Part shown: piece by piece, positions 47,783 through 58,839 of the stretch
Layout: every line of letters starts with the position of its first letter
Numbering within the stretch: position 1 is the stretch's first letter
Origin: Setoptus koraiensis
Lineage: Eukaryota; Animalia; Arthropoda
Length of the DNA stretch: 64,000 nt
Direction: 5' to 3'
Assembly: GCA_048013815.1 (NCBI GenBank)
Contig: CM106586.1
Location: 9,734,001-9,798,000, forward strand
Translations under genes and position numbers: made by a program
Notes under the pieces: model-generated
What the model was told of the DNA's origin: nothing
Databases searched by the model: none
Seen by the model: the letters and a program-made list of their open reading frames with translations, nothing else

Positions 47783-47814
47783 TGTGATGGCGACAAATAT
47801 TTGTCGCCATCACA
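47783..47814. repeat. 32-bp perfect palindrome in the last Eph intron
   Basis: TGTGATGGCGACAAAT|ATTTGTCGCCATCACA. Confidence 0.95.
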
Positions 47815-50800
47815 ATGCAGTCTCACGCAGTTATCATAACGCAGTTATCATAACTGCGGAGTTATGTGCAGCTCACCTGTCCGGGTTCGGCTCGGCGCCG
47901 CCAGGGGCTCGCCCCGAGCGCCGACAATCACAAACGTCATTCAATTAATTACTGATATACGTTGTGCCGACTGGGCACAGTATAACATTGGGCGATTATG
48001 CACATTATACACGATTATATATATTATACATTATATAAATGAGCTCGCATGGGGCGCACAACATGCGATGCGGTGAGATTATGCGGCCAGCCAAAGAATG
48101 GAGAATTCTCTTGTCGAAATTGTCAGATTACGCTGGCGATTGGCCGTTTGTCAGTCGGGTCGGCGCGTTTGTCGGGCCCGTCAAGTGACACCCGACAAGC
48201 GCGGCTCGTCTGTGTCTATTGATGGTGGCAGCGATAAAACGCCGAACGCGACACAATAAACTGATCCCATGCACTGGCGGCGCTGGCGGCCAGTTGTTGG
48301 CAGCGAATTCTTTCTTGAGAAAGAATTTGTTTGCTCGGTTTGTTTGCTGACGTTTGTTGCAAATTCCGCCAACGAACGCGATGCGATCGCTGCCAACACT
48401 GCGATCGTCTCACTCTGATCGGATGGCCATTATTTGCGCGCACATCATGACGTAATGATCTGTTTATGCCGTTCGCCCGCTTATGTAACATAAGTCATGT
48501 CGCCTCGATCGGTTCGCCGGCGGCTCTCGATCGTTCGACGGGCGAGCGGTCGAGATTGCGGCTCAAGTGTCACGATCTGCATGCGTTCGCGGGTATCGCT
48601 CGACGTTGCGCCGGACGCGGCGCTGCAACAATGGCCTGGTATCGCATGAGTCGCATGTCTCATGTGTGTGACACGTTTGCGCCGGGCGTCTCAGTTTCGC
48701 CGGCGCCCTCGCCGCGGATCTTGTGCCGACCGCGAGTGTCGCGCAGACCGCGAATCTTTTGCATAGAATGGCCGCGAATCTTGTGCCGAGAGAATCGCCG
48801 CGAATCTTGTGCCGACAGAATCGCCGATACTGTGCGCGGCCGATACTGTGCGCGGCCGAGACTGCGCCAGAGTCGTGGGTGCCTGGCGGGCGTCATTAGT
48901 GGGCGCGTTACGTAAGTGCCCACAAGTGCTCATTTGCATACTGTCTCGCAATGCCGTGCATAAGGTTGCCTATAATATTGTGCCAAAACGTATAATGTTG
49001 CATGAGTGACACTTGGCTTCTTTGCCGGCCACACAGGCACACATGGCGCAATTGTGCGCCGTTGCGGCCGCTTCGAAACCGTTACACAGTTTGGCGGCCT
49101 TCGAAACAATCGGCGGCGCAAGTCGGATCAAGTTGGCCCAAATTGCCTGTCGCGGTGGCGCCCGTGCGAGCGGCCGACGGGAGCTTTGGCCGGTTTTTGT
49201 GTTATGGGCCCATAACACAAAAGCGGCCATGGGCACTGTCAAAAACTGCCAGAAACTGGCCAAAACTGGCCCAGAACCGGCCCAGAACCAGCCCAGAACC
49301 GGCCCAAAACGCTGCCAAAAGCGGCCCGAAACGCCGCCAAATGACGGCCGACGACTAAAAATCACAGCTCGACACGAGCAACCGGGCCGGCTCGGCTGTC
49401 GCTGTGGAGCGGCCGGCGGCTCGACGGGCGCGACGAGCATCATGATGGCGACCATGATTGCGCTGACGGCGATGACCGGCCCGCTGACGACGACCAAACA
49501 AACAAACGCGACATGTAGATCACTATCTGCATCTTGCACATACTTGTATAATCTTGCACATACTTATATAATATTATGCTCGGCGTCGTTGTTGTTGTTG
49601 TTGTTGTTGTAATTTGATGATTTAATGTTGCCGGTTGCCATGGCGATCTCATCTTGTTGTGTTGCGTCATGTGAGAGCGATGCTCGCCAAAGAGACTCAC
49701 AGATCTCACTTGTCGTCGTCGTCGTCGTCGTCGTCGATAATCTGGCTCGCATACGAGTCGACGATGATACGACGTTCGAGGGCAGCCGCGATGTATCGTC
49801 GTGACTGGCCCGTCGCGCCGCCTGAAACATGAGCATCCAATGAAGCGCAAATGATACCGAGACAACAACTGATAAGCCGGCGCACACTGCCCAGCATTAC
49901 ATAATATTTATGTTGCACAACCAACTGCACTAGATCGGCCGCTCGTTTTATCCGCTCGTTGCGCAATCGTCGCTCGTTCGGCTCGCCGGCTCTGCGGCTC
50001 GCTGTCTGGCGTCGCTCGAATCGGCGTTCGCTGCAACATGGCTTCGCAGCGCCAACTTGTTGTCGTCCGCTAATCTTTCATGCGCATTGCGTAACATGCA
50101 GTTTGCCCTCGAGGCCGCCAGCGCCGCCACTTTGTCTTAAGCTGCTCGGTGCGCATTTCTCGGGCATTTCTCGAGCGATTCTCGAGCGATTCTTGAGCGT
50201 TTCTTGAGCGTTTCTCAGACATTTTATGCGGCTTGCACGCCGGCTTGTGCACTGATTCATCCGGCGGCTTGTGCGCCGATTTATCCGCCGGCTTGTGCAC
50301 CGATTTATCCGATTTAGCCGGCTGCATGCGCGATCGGCGTCGCGATAGCGACTGCTGTTGCAGGTTGCGTTTTGTCAATTCAGCTCGCATCGACGTGCCC
50401 GGCGCAATGGTCGCCGCCAAGGTCGCCCTGCGCCCGTCGCCCGTCGCCGACTCGTTGCTTGTGCCGTCTCCGCGGCACAAGCACCTGAGCTCGCCCGATT
50501 CGAGCTGCGCTCACCTGAGCTCACCTGAGCCTCACGGCTGCGTCCAGTGGCGTCGCAGCCCGCAACGTTGCGCAACGTCGTCAGCTGATCAGCAACGCCG
50601 TCAGGTGATCGGCAGCGTCTGACATTGTGAGTCAGCTGATCGGCGTCGCCTGACAACGTGAGTCAGCTGAGCGCCGGCTGCCGTCAGCGTCACCCGACCG
50701 ACCGGTCAGCTGTTTGTTGTTGATGATCCATTGACAGAAATTATCCCTCATTAGAGGTCATGATCGATCTTCGATCGCGGGCCTGCGCTCGGGCAAATAC

Positions 50801-53173
50801 ACACCAAAGCAACATAAAGCGGATAATGCGCAGCGATGCGCCACAGATAAATCAGCTGTCGCGGGCCACAAAGAAGCTTCTCGAAGACGGTGGGCACAAC
50901 GACGGCAACAGCAACAACCAACAAAAACAGCAACAACCAACAACAACCCACCACGGCGACCATATTTCAACAGGTTCTCCCTTTTGTGTGTGCTGTGATG
51001 CGCACGCCACTGCATTATAGAGCCGCCGTTTAGAGTTGAGAGGAATATTTGCGAGAAGAATAAAGAATGAAATGAATTCTTTATTCGGCCAGGAATTCGC
51101 GGCCGGCGTCGTGTCGTTGCGCTTGCGAGCCGCATCATCTAAAACAAGCTGCTCAATATTCAAATGAGCTGCACTTGTTTGAGTATGGCAAGTGCGGCCT
51201 AAAACCAACAACCGGCGCATAATGGAAATAATAATAGAAATATCCACCACTTGAGCATTGTCCGCTGCGCCCGGGCTTGTGCGCGCCGCGCCGCTGCGCG
51301 TATCTCTATGCGCTGCCGGCCCGGCCGGCAGCAGAGTCCGCGCCGCACCGCACCGCGCGCAGGCCGGCGACGGCGGAGTCAAGCGGCGCTGGCGCTCATT
51401 CATCATGTTAATCTAAATTGTGATCGCTTTAATGACGATCATAATGGTATCTGTCTGGCCGCTCCCCATTACTTGTCAATCAAGTCGCTGGCAGGCTCTC
51501 AGCGCCATCGCCGCTCTCACCGGCCCGCTTGCCCGACGGCGCGCTAATGTGCATGCGATACTAGAGCATCGGCCGCAATATGCAAATATTCCGGCATCGT
51601 CCCGACGAGTTCGCAACGACGCAACGCCCGGCCATGGCCGACAAAATCAATATTTAACTTATTTCCATACTCGCCCTCGCTGTGTGTGTTTTGCAGTTTC
51701 TGACAGTGTGTTTTGTTGTACTCTCTGAGAAGCGAATTACCATAAATAATCGCCATTACAGCAGGCCATCGTTAGCGCACCTGTCCGCTAGTCGGCGCAT
51801 CTCACCACCCATTGTCACCGGCAGCAGGCTAGTTGGCGAGTTGGCGAGTTGGCGAGCCGGCTTGCAGTTGCAGTGGTGGCCATTGGTTGATGTGACTCAT
51901 ATCTCCCTGTGCAAACATCATATACTTATTATTGCGGATTAAGCGACCGCCGATCTCAAACAATTATCAGCCCATTTATTCTCATTTTGATCTCTGCGCT
52001 GCCTTTGCGAACCGAGCCACTTGTTGGCCGCGAGCGATGCCATTGCGAGCGAGATTAAAAAAATATTAATCACCCAGAGCGATGCCAAAATATTGTCGTT
52101 GTCAATGACGGCCACCGGCACCATTAATCATCATTAGACGGGGCCGCGCCATCGGCCGGCTCACAGCGCCTTAATTAATAGTGGCGTATTAATGGTCGCG
52201 TATCGATGGTCGCGTATTACTGGTCGCGGGTTGCGGTGGCCGATTGCGCGTTTTGCGGCGCGTTCGGTGCCGCTCGACGGCGTTCGGCGGCGTTCGGCGG
52301 CGTGCTTCGAATCGCAAATCGAAGCGCCGGCGACAACACACACACACACACGAAAGAACAGAGAATTCCGATGCGAATCGATTGGTGTTTGTTTTGTTGC
52401 GAGTTGGGCTGTTGTGGCAACTGGTGCCCTTGTCGCTGTTTGCTCGGGCTGTTTGCGCAGGGCACTTGATACAACGCGCGACAAACAACGACCGACGGAG
52501 CCGGCAAAACGACGCGCCCGCAAGCTGACGCTGCCGACAGCGGGCGGTCGCTTCTTTTTCGGTCGCCTCTCGGTCGCTTCTTCTCGGTCGCTTCCCGGTC
52601 GCCGCCCGGTGACCGCTCAGTGGCCGCTCGGGCCGCGGACACTTTCAACTGTTTCCATTGTGGCCGCCAGAGCCAGCCTGTGTTGCTTTTATTGCTCGCA
52701 CTATCAATATTTGCCCATTTGCCGGTGTCAATACGCTCGTTCTAATTGCTCGCCTCGACGCACCCCGCGACTCGTAGCCTGCGACTCGTAGCCTGCGACT
52801 CGTAACCTGCGACTCGTAGACTGCGAGACGGGAAATGATTAGAAACAACCAAAGGTATATTTGCAGCAACTTGTTGCGCTTGCAGGGGCATTTTCATGGT
52901 ATCGCGAGCCGCGGTTGACGACTAGCGATGATTAAATGATACTTAAACTTAATTGATCACTTAATGATGCTCACCGACGCTCGCCAACTCGAACAGGTGA
53001 ACCGTTTGTGAACAAAAACTCTAACAACGATAGGCCAACCAACCATCTAACATGTCAATATTTAATATATAACCAATAATAATATAAAACTAATATAATA
53101 AATAATCGACTAACCCCCGTTTCACATTTTGCTCTCATTTATCATTTTATCGCTCATGTTATATCGATTGTAG

Positions 53174-53465
53174 ACTGCCAGCGATAGAGCCCACCTACTA
53201 CGAGGCCTTCGGCAACCTCATTCCCGACGTTATACAATTCAAATCGTTAGACGAGTGGCTTCAGTCAATTAAAATGTCCCGATATAGAGACAATTTTGAG
53301 CGTGCGGGCATTTCAAATTTAAACGCCGTGTCGCGTCTCACTCCCCAGGATCTAACGCTCATCGGTGTGACAACTATGCAACATCAAAAGAAGATTATGC
53401 AATCCATTATGGCCCTCCGTTCCACTACAAGCATCGGCAGCCCCGGCGAGGGTTACCTCGTGTGA
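53174..53465 (+). CDS. Eph: Eph last exon: SAM domain and C-terminal PDZ-binding-type tail (…LDEWLQSIKMSRYRDNF…HQKKIMQSI…GEGYLV*)
   Basis: CTAAC 53110-53114 plus pyrimidine tract, TAG 53171-53173. Phase 2 matches the previous exon. EWL..IKM.RY..NF and HQKKI are Eph SAM motifs. Stop TGA 53463-53465. Confidence 0.93.
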
Positions 53466-54016
53466 TACCTATCAACTACCTATGTTACAACTACTACTAC
53501 CACAACCACTCCTAGCACCACTACCGCTCACTGTCTGATCGTACCGAGTGTGCATTACTGTTACAAACGACTATCGATTGTTGCGCAACCGTCCATTGGC
53601 GATGGTCAATTGGCAATGGTCAGTTGGCGATGGTCAGTTGGCGTGGTTGCGCAATTGTCAACTATGCGCTCACAAGAGAGTTGCCCTTCCTATTGGTGCG
53701 TGCATCCTACTACAGTTACGTAATTGTCGCAAGTCGTTCGTCCCGGCTCACGGGCACCATTTGTCTGGTCGCGTAATTAGTGGCGAGACACACACAAACA
53801 AACAAGCAAATTAATTGACTTTCAAGCGGCACGATATGACTAATTATCGGCCGGTCGGTCAGTCGACGGGCCGGTCGGGGGACGACAACGCACACCGACG
53901 ACCACTAACAAGCAACTGTGAATAATCATCTATTTACATGAACAAGCCATGATTGATTTTTAGCTTATATATACCATTATATTGAAGCTAGAGAAACTTT
54001 ACAATTTACAAATACA

Positions 54017-57000
54017 AATAAATAGGCCATCGCTATGCAAATTACCGACTTGAAGCAACAATTGCACACACACACACACTCGATTCGTTGGCGCACCTCA
54101 CCTGTGTGCCCCGTCGGCTCACCTGTCGGCCGGTGGACGCAATCCACGCAAGTCCATTCTGGCAAACAATCAACGACGTGTCTCAACGACATGTCTGTGT
54201 GATATATGCTGTTTAGCTAGATGAGACGAGAGAGAGAGAGAGAGAGGAAAAAGTCAATTAATGTACAATTTATGCATAGCATAACAAGCAAACTGCCACC
54301 GCAACGACCACCACTCACTGCCGGCCAGCAACTTGACCAGGACTGGTGGCGCCATCTACCTATGCATGTGGCCACAAGTGTCCCGCCGACGACCACGACC
54401 ACGACGACGACAACAACAACAACGACAACAACATTTCAATTTACAATTTTTGTGAAACCGTTTCAAATAGCGGCACAGGTGAAACTTACTATTATTAAGA
54501 CATGATCGTGTTACAAATATACTGTATAAACACTGTACAAATCTAGCGCGGCCCGTTGTGCATATCGCAGTATGTACTGTTGACCACAACGAGCCGGTCC
54601 TCCTGATCTTTGTGAATAGCTCAATGCCCGATGTACATAAGAGAGATAAAATTTTTGTTAAATATGTTTGGAGACAACAAGAGAAAAAGTTTTCAAATAA
54701 ATTCGTTTTCTTTCTTACCTGACGCGTCTCGCTCTCTTTCTCTTTGCTCTTTCTCTTTGCTCTTTCTCTTTGCTCTTTCCCTTGGCTCTTTCCCTTGGCT
54801 CCGAAATGTCGCACTGGCCATCTTTTATCCAGTGGCTCGCTTGCCGATAAAAGTGCGACACATACCGCACAACTATGGCCGCTGCCAAATAACCGTGCAC
54901 TAGCCGCGAAACGGCCAAGCTGGTGACAGAATAATGATTTATTTATCTGCCCAAAACTGCCTGTCTACCACTGACCTAATTTAGCTTTTCGTTTTTGCCT
55001 CTCGCTGGCGCTCTCGCAATTGGCGGCTCCACCGACCGATCGCCGTGACGATCGCTGGCTGTTGGTGAACATGCGAACATTCGCTTCATGTTGGCGATTC
55101 GATCTCGTTTGTTGGCGCTTGTCGTTGGCAAAAAGAAACGCCAGAATCGACAAGCGACTGTATTTATCATCGTGTCGGCATTGGCGTATCAAGCCGAGCA
55201 TTCGTCGCAAAGTAAAAAGTGAATTTCCAAATAAATGGATTGGTGTTAACATTACGCTTTGTGAGCACACAAACAGAAACAGGTTGCGCTAACTAAAGTG
55301 TTGACAATGATTAAACATCGACATGTAATTTGAGCCAACTTATTCAACCTTCATGTGACAACATGAGCGAGAGAGAAAGACTGAACAAATATCATTATGC
55401 AACAAACACGATGTGAGCAGTTCAAGTGGTTCACTTAATGAGCAGTTATATCAGCAGTGAGGGCACTTTTATAAAAACAAGTACCACTTGCCACCATTCT
55501 AACTGTTAGCTGGCTGGCTGGCATTAGTGAAAAACAAACTAAATACTAAACTTGTGTAGTGATGGGTGATTCCAGGTTAACTACAATAATGACATAGTTA
55601 ACAGTTAATAAAACAAGCTAACGGTGTGTCTATAATTCAGTCATCAATGTTGTTGTTAGTGTTAAGTTTATGAGCTTAGAGTGGTCACTTCTTGATGAAC
55701 TGAGCCGACAAACTAATGCTAATAATACCAATGTTAATGCCAGGGTGCGCTTGTGTTGGTCTCGGCAGTGTCTGTGGCAAGTGTAGGTCAAATCAGTAGG
55801 CAAGACTGATTAGCATTATTATTTTTATAGCCGCATCTGATTGGTTTGTCGATGGCAGTCATTTGCATATTGTCCACTGTGCGCTTGAATTTTGTGCGTC
55901 CCGATTGCCGATCGTGGTTGTTGCTGTTGTTGCATCACTGACACCAACTAACCAGCTAATCAATGACTAATCGAAGGCGAGCCAATCAGTAACAAGATCA
56001 ACTCCATTGGCCGGCTCGCCCGTCTGCTGGCTTGCATCGGGCTCGACAGGCACTGACAGTGAGATAAATTGAATAATAACGGCGACGCTCACTGCGTAAC
56101 ATCGTGAGTGTAGAGTGGCCATCACTGGTCATTGTAGTGGCCAGTCATATTTGACACCGCAAGACTGTCACAAGACTGTCGCACGGTATCGCACGCCAGA
56201 GCGCGGTATCGCACGCCAGAGCAAGTGTAACGAAAGTGCCATCGGAGTCCGATGATCGGACACACAGTATGTCACACGGTACGGTGATATACTGTGGCGA
56301 CCGTTCGAGTGGGAGGCCAATGCCAAATCGTTGGGCAACTGCAGAAAGTTGCCAGATAAATCAATTAGATAACTTTCCGTTTTGAACTTGCAAATGTGCA
56401 CTGAGCAGCACTGACCGACAGCAACAACCACAACGACAACGACAAGTGCACTGAGTGGACCCTTAATAATCCTTAATACCAGTCGTGACATTATCAGTGC
56501 TTAGTGATCAGTAGTAATGATTTAGTACAGTTGAAAAAGTGTCATAATGTGACATACATGTTGATTGTAATACCTCGTATATAGCATGATACTTGATGTA
56601 TGAGTGCTATCATGGTCGTCATCGTCGTTTATTTTGGTGGTCAGTCGTCAGTGGGCCACTACTCACCGATTGGTACCTGGCACTACTCATACACTCATGT
56701 ATTAATGCAGCCATATTATCATTATCATTGGAGATTATTGTAAGATAAGACCAACGACGCCGACCGACCGAACAGCTCGATCAGCTCTCAGCCTGGTCAG
56801 TTCGTTCAGTTTGTTTTGTGGGCAGCAGCGCCAGAGAGCGATCATCGCTACATTTAATTTTTTAAGTAGACAGTCAGCGGTCACAATTCAATTAGAACAA
56901 CATACAAACAAAAAAGCCAGCCAGCCAGCCAACTACACACACTTAATATAACATCAACACTAATAATATCTATCATCTTAACGATCCTATTCGCTCTATC

Positions 57001-57122
57001 CGCTTTATCTCAATTAACAATCTCAATAATAGTAATAATAATCATCATCATCTTGCTATTGCTGTGCGCTGTCTGTCTCCCTTGGTGTCTCGCATTGGTC
57101 AACGCGCGAGACACTTAATAAA
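54017..57122 (+). terminator. Candidate Eph polyadenylation signals in a long 3' UTR
   Basis: AATAAA at 54017, 54696, 55230, 55607 and 57117 downstream of the stop. Which is used cannot be determined. Confidence 0.35.
54725..54800. repeat. Pyrimidine-rich (CTCTTT-type) tract in the Eph 3' region
   Basis: Directly visible; (GA)n also at 54229-54246. Confidence 0.85.
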
Positions 57123-58396
57123 ACAAGTGCAAGTCCAATATAATACAACCAATATCTATCTTGATGATGATCCATCACCACCAACGTCACCAGCGTTGCC
57201 CATTTGAATTTGACCCATCCTGATTATATCCCCATTATACGGCCAATATATTATGGTGCCAATGTGCATAATAAGCGGTATAAGGCAGTTCGTTCAAGGT
57301 TTGACGCCGTTCGAGAACATCATACATATTTATACATACTGTGTATGTATGTGTGCCAACACAACCAACAATGTCCACTAACCACAAAACCAACAGAATT
57401 GACCGTTTAATGAAACGTCAGTTATCATTGCCAATATATGTATGGCACCATTTATAAATACACGTTGTTGCTTGACCAAACCAGTGTGTAACATCGGTCC
57501 CATCTGACGACGCCAACAACAACACGTAAAGTTATTTACGACGTCGGGCTCATTTTGAGAGATGCCTTGCGAGCCTCACAAAGTAGACAATGATGGAATG
57601 CTGATTGTGTATATTTACTTTTACTTTTACTGTTCTCAACCAATGGCAAATAAACTATCGGATTAGTCGATTGGTGCCTTATTGGTTTATCGGTGACTCG
57701 CTGTCAATGGTCCAGCAAAAACTGAAGAATTTGTTGCTGAACACTCATTCGCGACATCCGATTGGCGCTGCTACTAAAACCCACTACATTTACTTGTCCA
57801 ACGGAGGCAACTGTTCGGAAAGTGTGCAAATAAGCAGTACCAGCAGTTGCCTATGGACAAATTTATATACCGACTACCATTGGAAAAAGAATACGCCTCC
57901 GGCTAATGATACAACGAGTCTAAGGATTCACCTAACGGGCACCTTTTGCCCCGTTCATCTGCTCATCTGCCCTGTTCATAACGTTGCTCAAGATGTTTGT
58001 ACAATAATGATGAATACCTTGTTAGGTTTAATCTAACTGCATGGGTCTGCTGCTTTAAACAATGACAAATCTTATGTAACTAGCACGCCTCGCATTGTTG
58101 TGATGCTCATTTTGGGCAACAATGAGTGTCGTCTCTCTAGCGTCATCAATTTTAGTTCATCTGGTTGCGCGGCTCAAACGGCGCCAACAGCGGCAGTGGG
58201 TCTACTTGGGGGCCCCTCAGGCTCAATTAGATCAGTTTGTTAGCGTTGCTGTCTGATTGGCGACCAATGAGCAAACAAAGACAGGCCAATCGAAGCAGCA
58301 CTGTTCAACAAGAGCCAGCCTTGTGGAGTTGCCTAATTCAAACATCCGTCCGAGCCTTGGATTAAATTGTTGAGTCTAGGATTCTGCTGTCGAACC

Positions 58397-58434
58397 AGTT
58401 TCGACCTATCAATTCGAATTGATAGGTCGAAACT
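58397..58434. repeat. 38-bp perfect palindrome upstream of TAF2
   Basis: AGTTTCGACCTATCAATTC|GAATTGATAGGTCGAAACT. Confidence 0.95.
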
Positions 58435-58839
58435 TGAAACTTCGGTGTGACATTTTCTTTTGCAATTGTGCATCGAAAAGCACAAGAATTTCGAGCCAAA
58501 AAGTTCAAAATAGGCGCCTTCTTGTGGCGCAGGCGTAGACGGGCGCAACGTTCGTTGTTTGTGGACTTGCAGTTTCATTTCGATGTGCGGCCGCTTAGGG
58601 GTGACACAGAGCACATGTGTTTATTTTTGCGCCGAATTTCCATATTCATAACAGGACAAATGAACGTTACAACATTGATATCACCACTATTTATTTACCA
58701 AAATTGCAGCCTTTGTCAGAGGTCAGCAACTTCGCCCAAGGCCTCACCTATCCATTGGAGGAATCACAACAATTTGACCGGCACAAACTATTTAATCACA
58801 CACTAGATCACCGAGGAACAAGCTGGGCGACACAGAAGA

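Noticed and set aside
53461-54203. K-box (TGTGAT) miRNA sites in the Eph 3' UTR
   Set aside because: Only two hexamers, one overlapping the stop codon; not above chance.
9047-54481. CAGGTG/CACCTG E-box enrichment
   Set aside because: About 37 counted by eye over both strands, close to the roughly 31 expected for a 6-mer in 64 kb.
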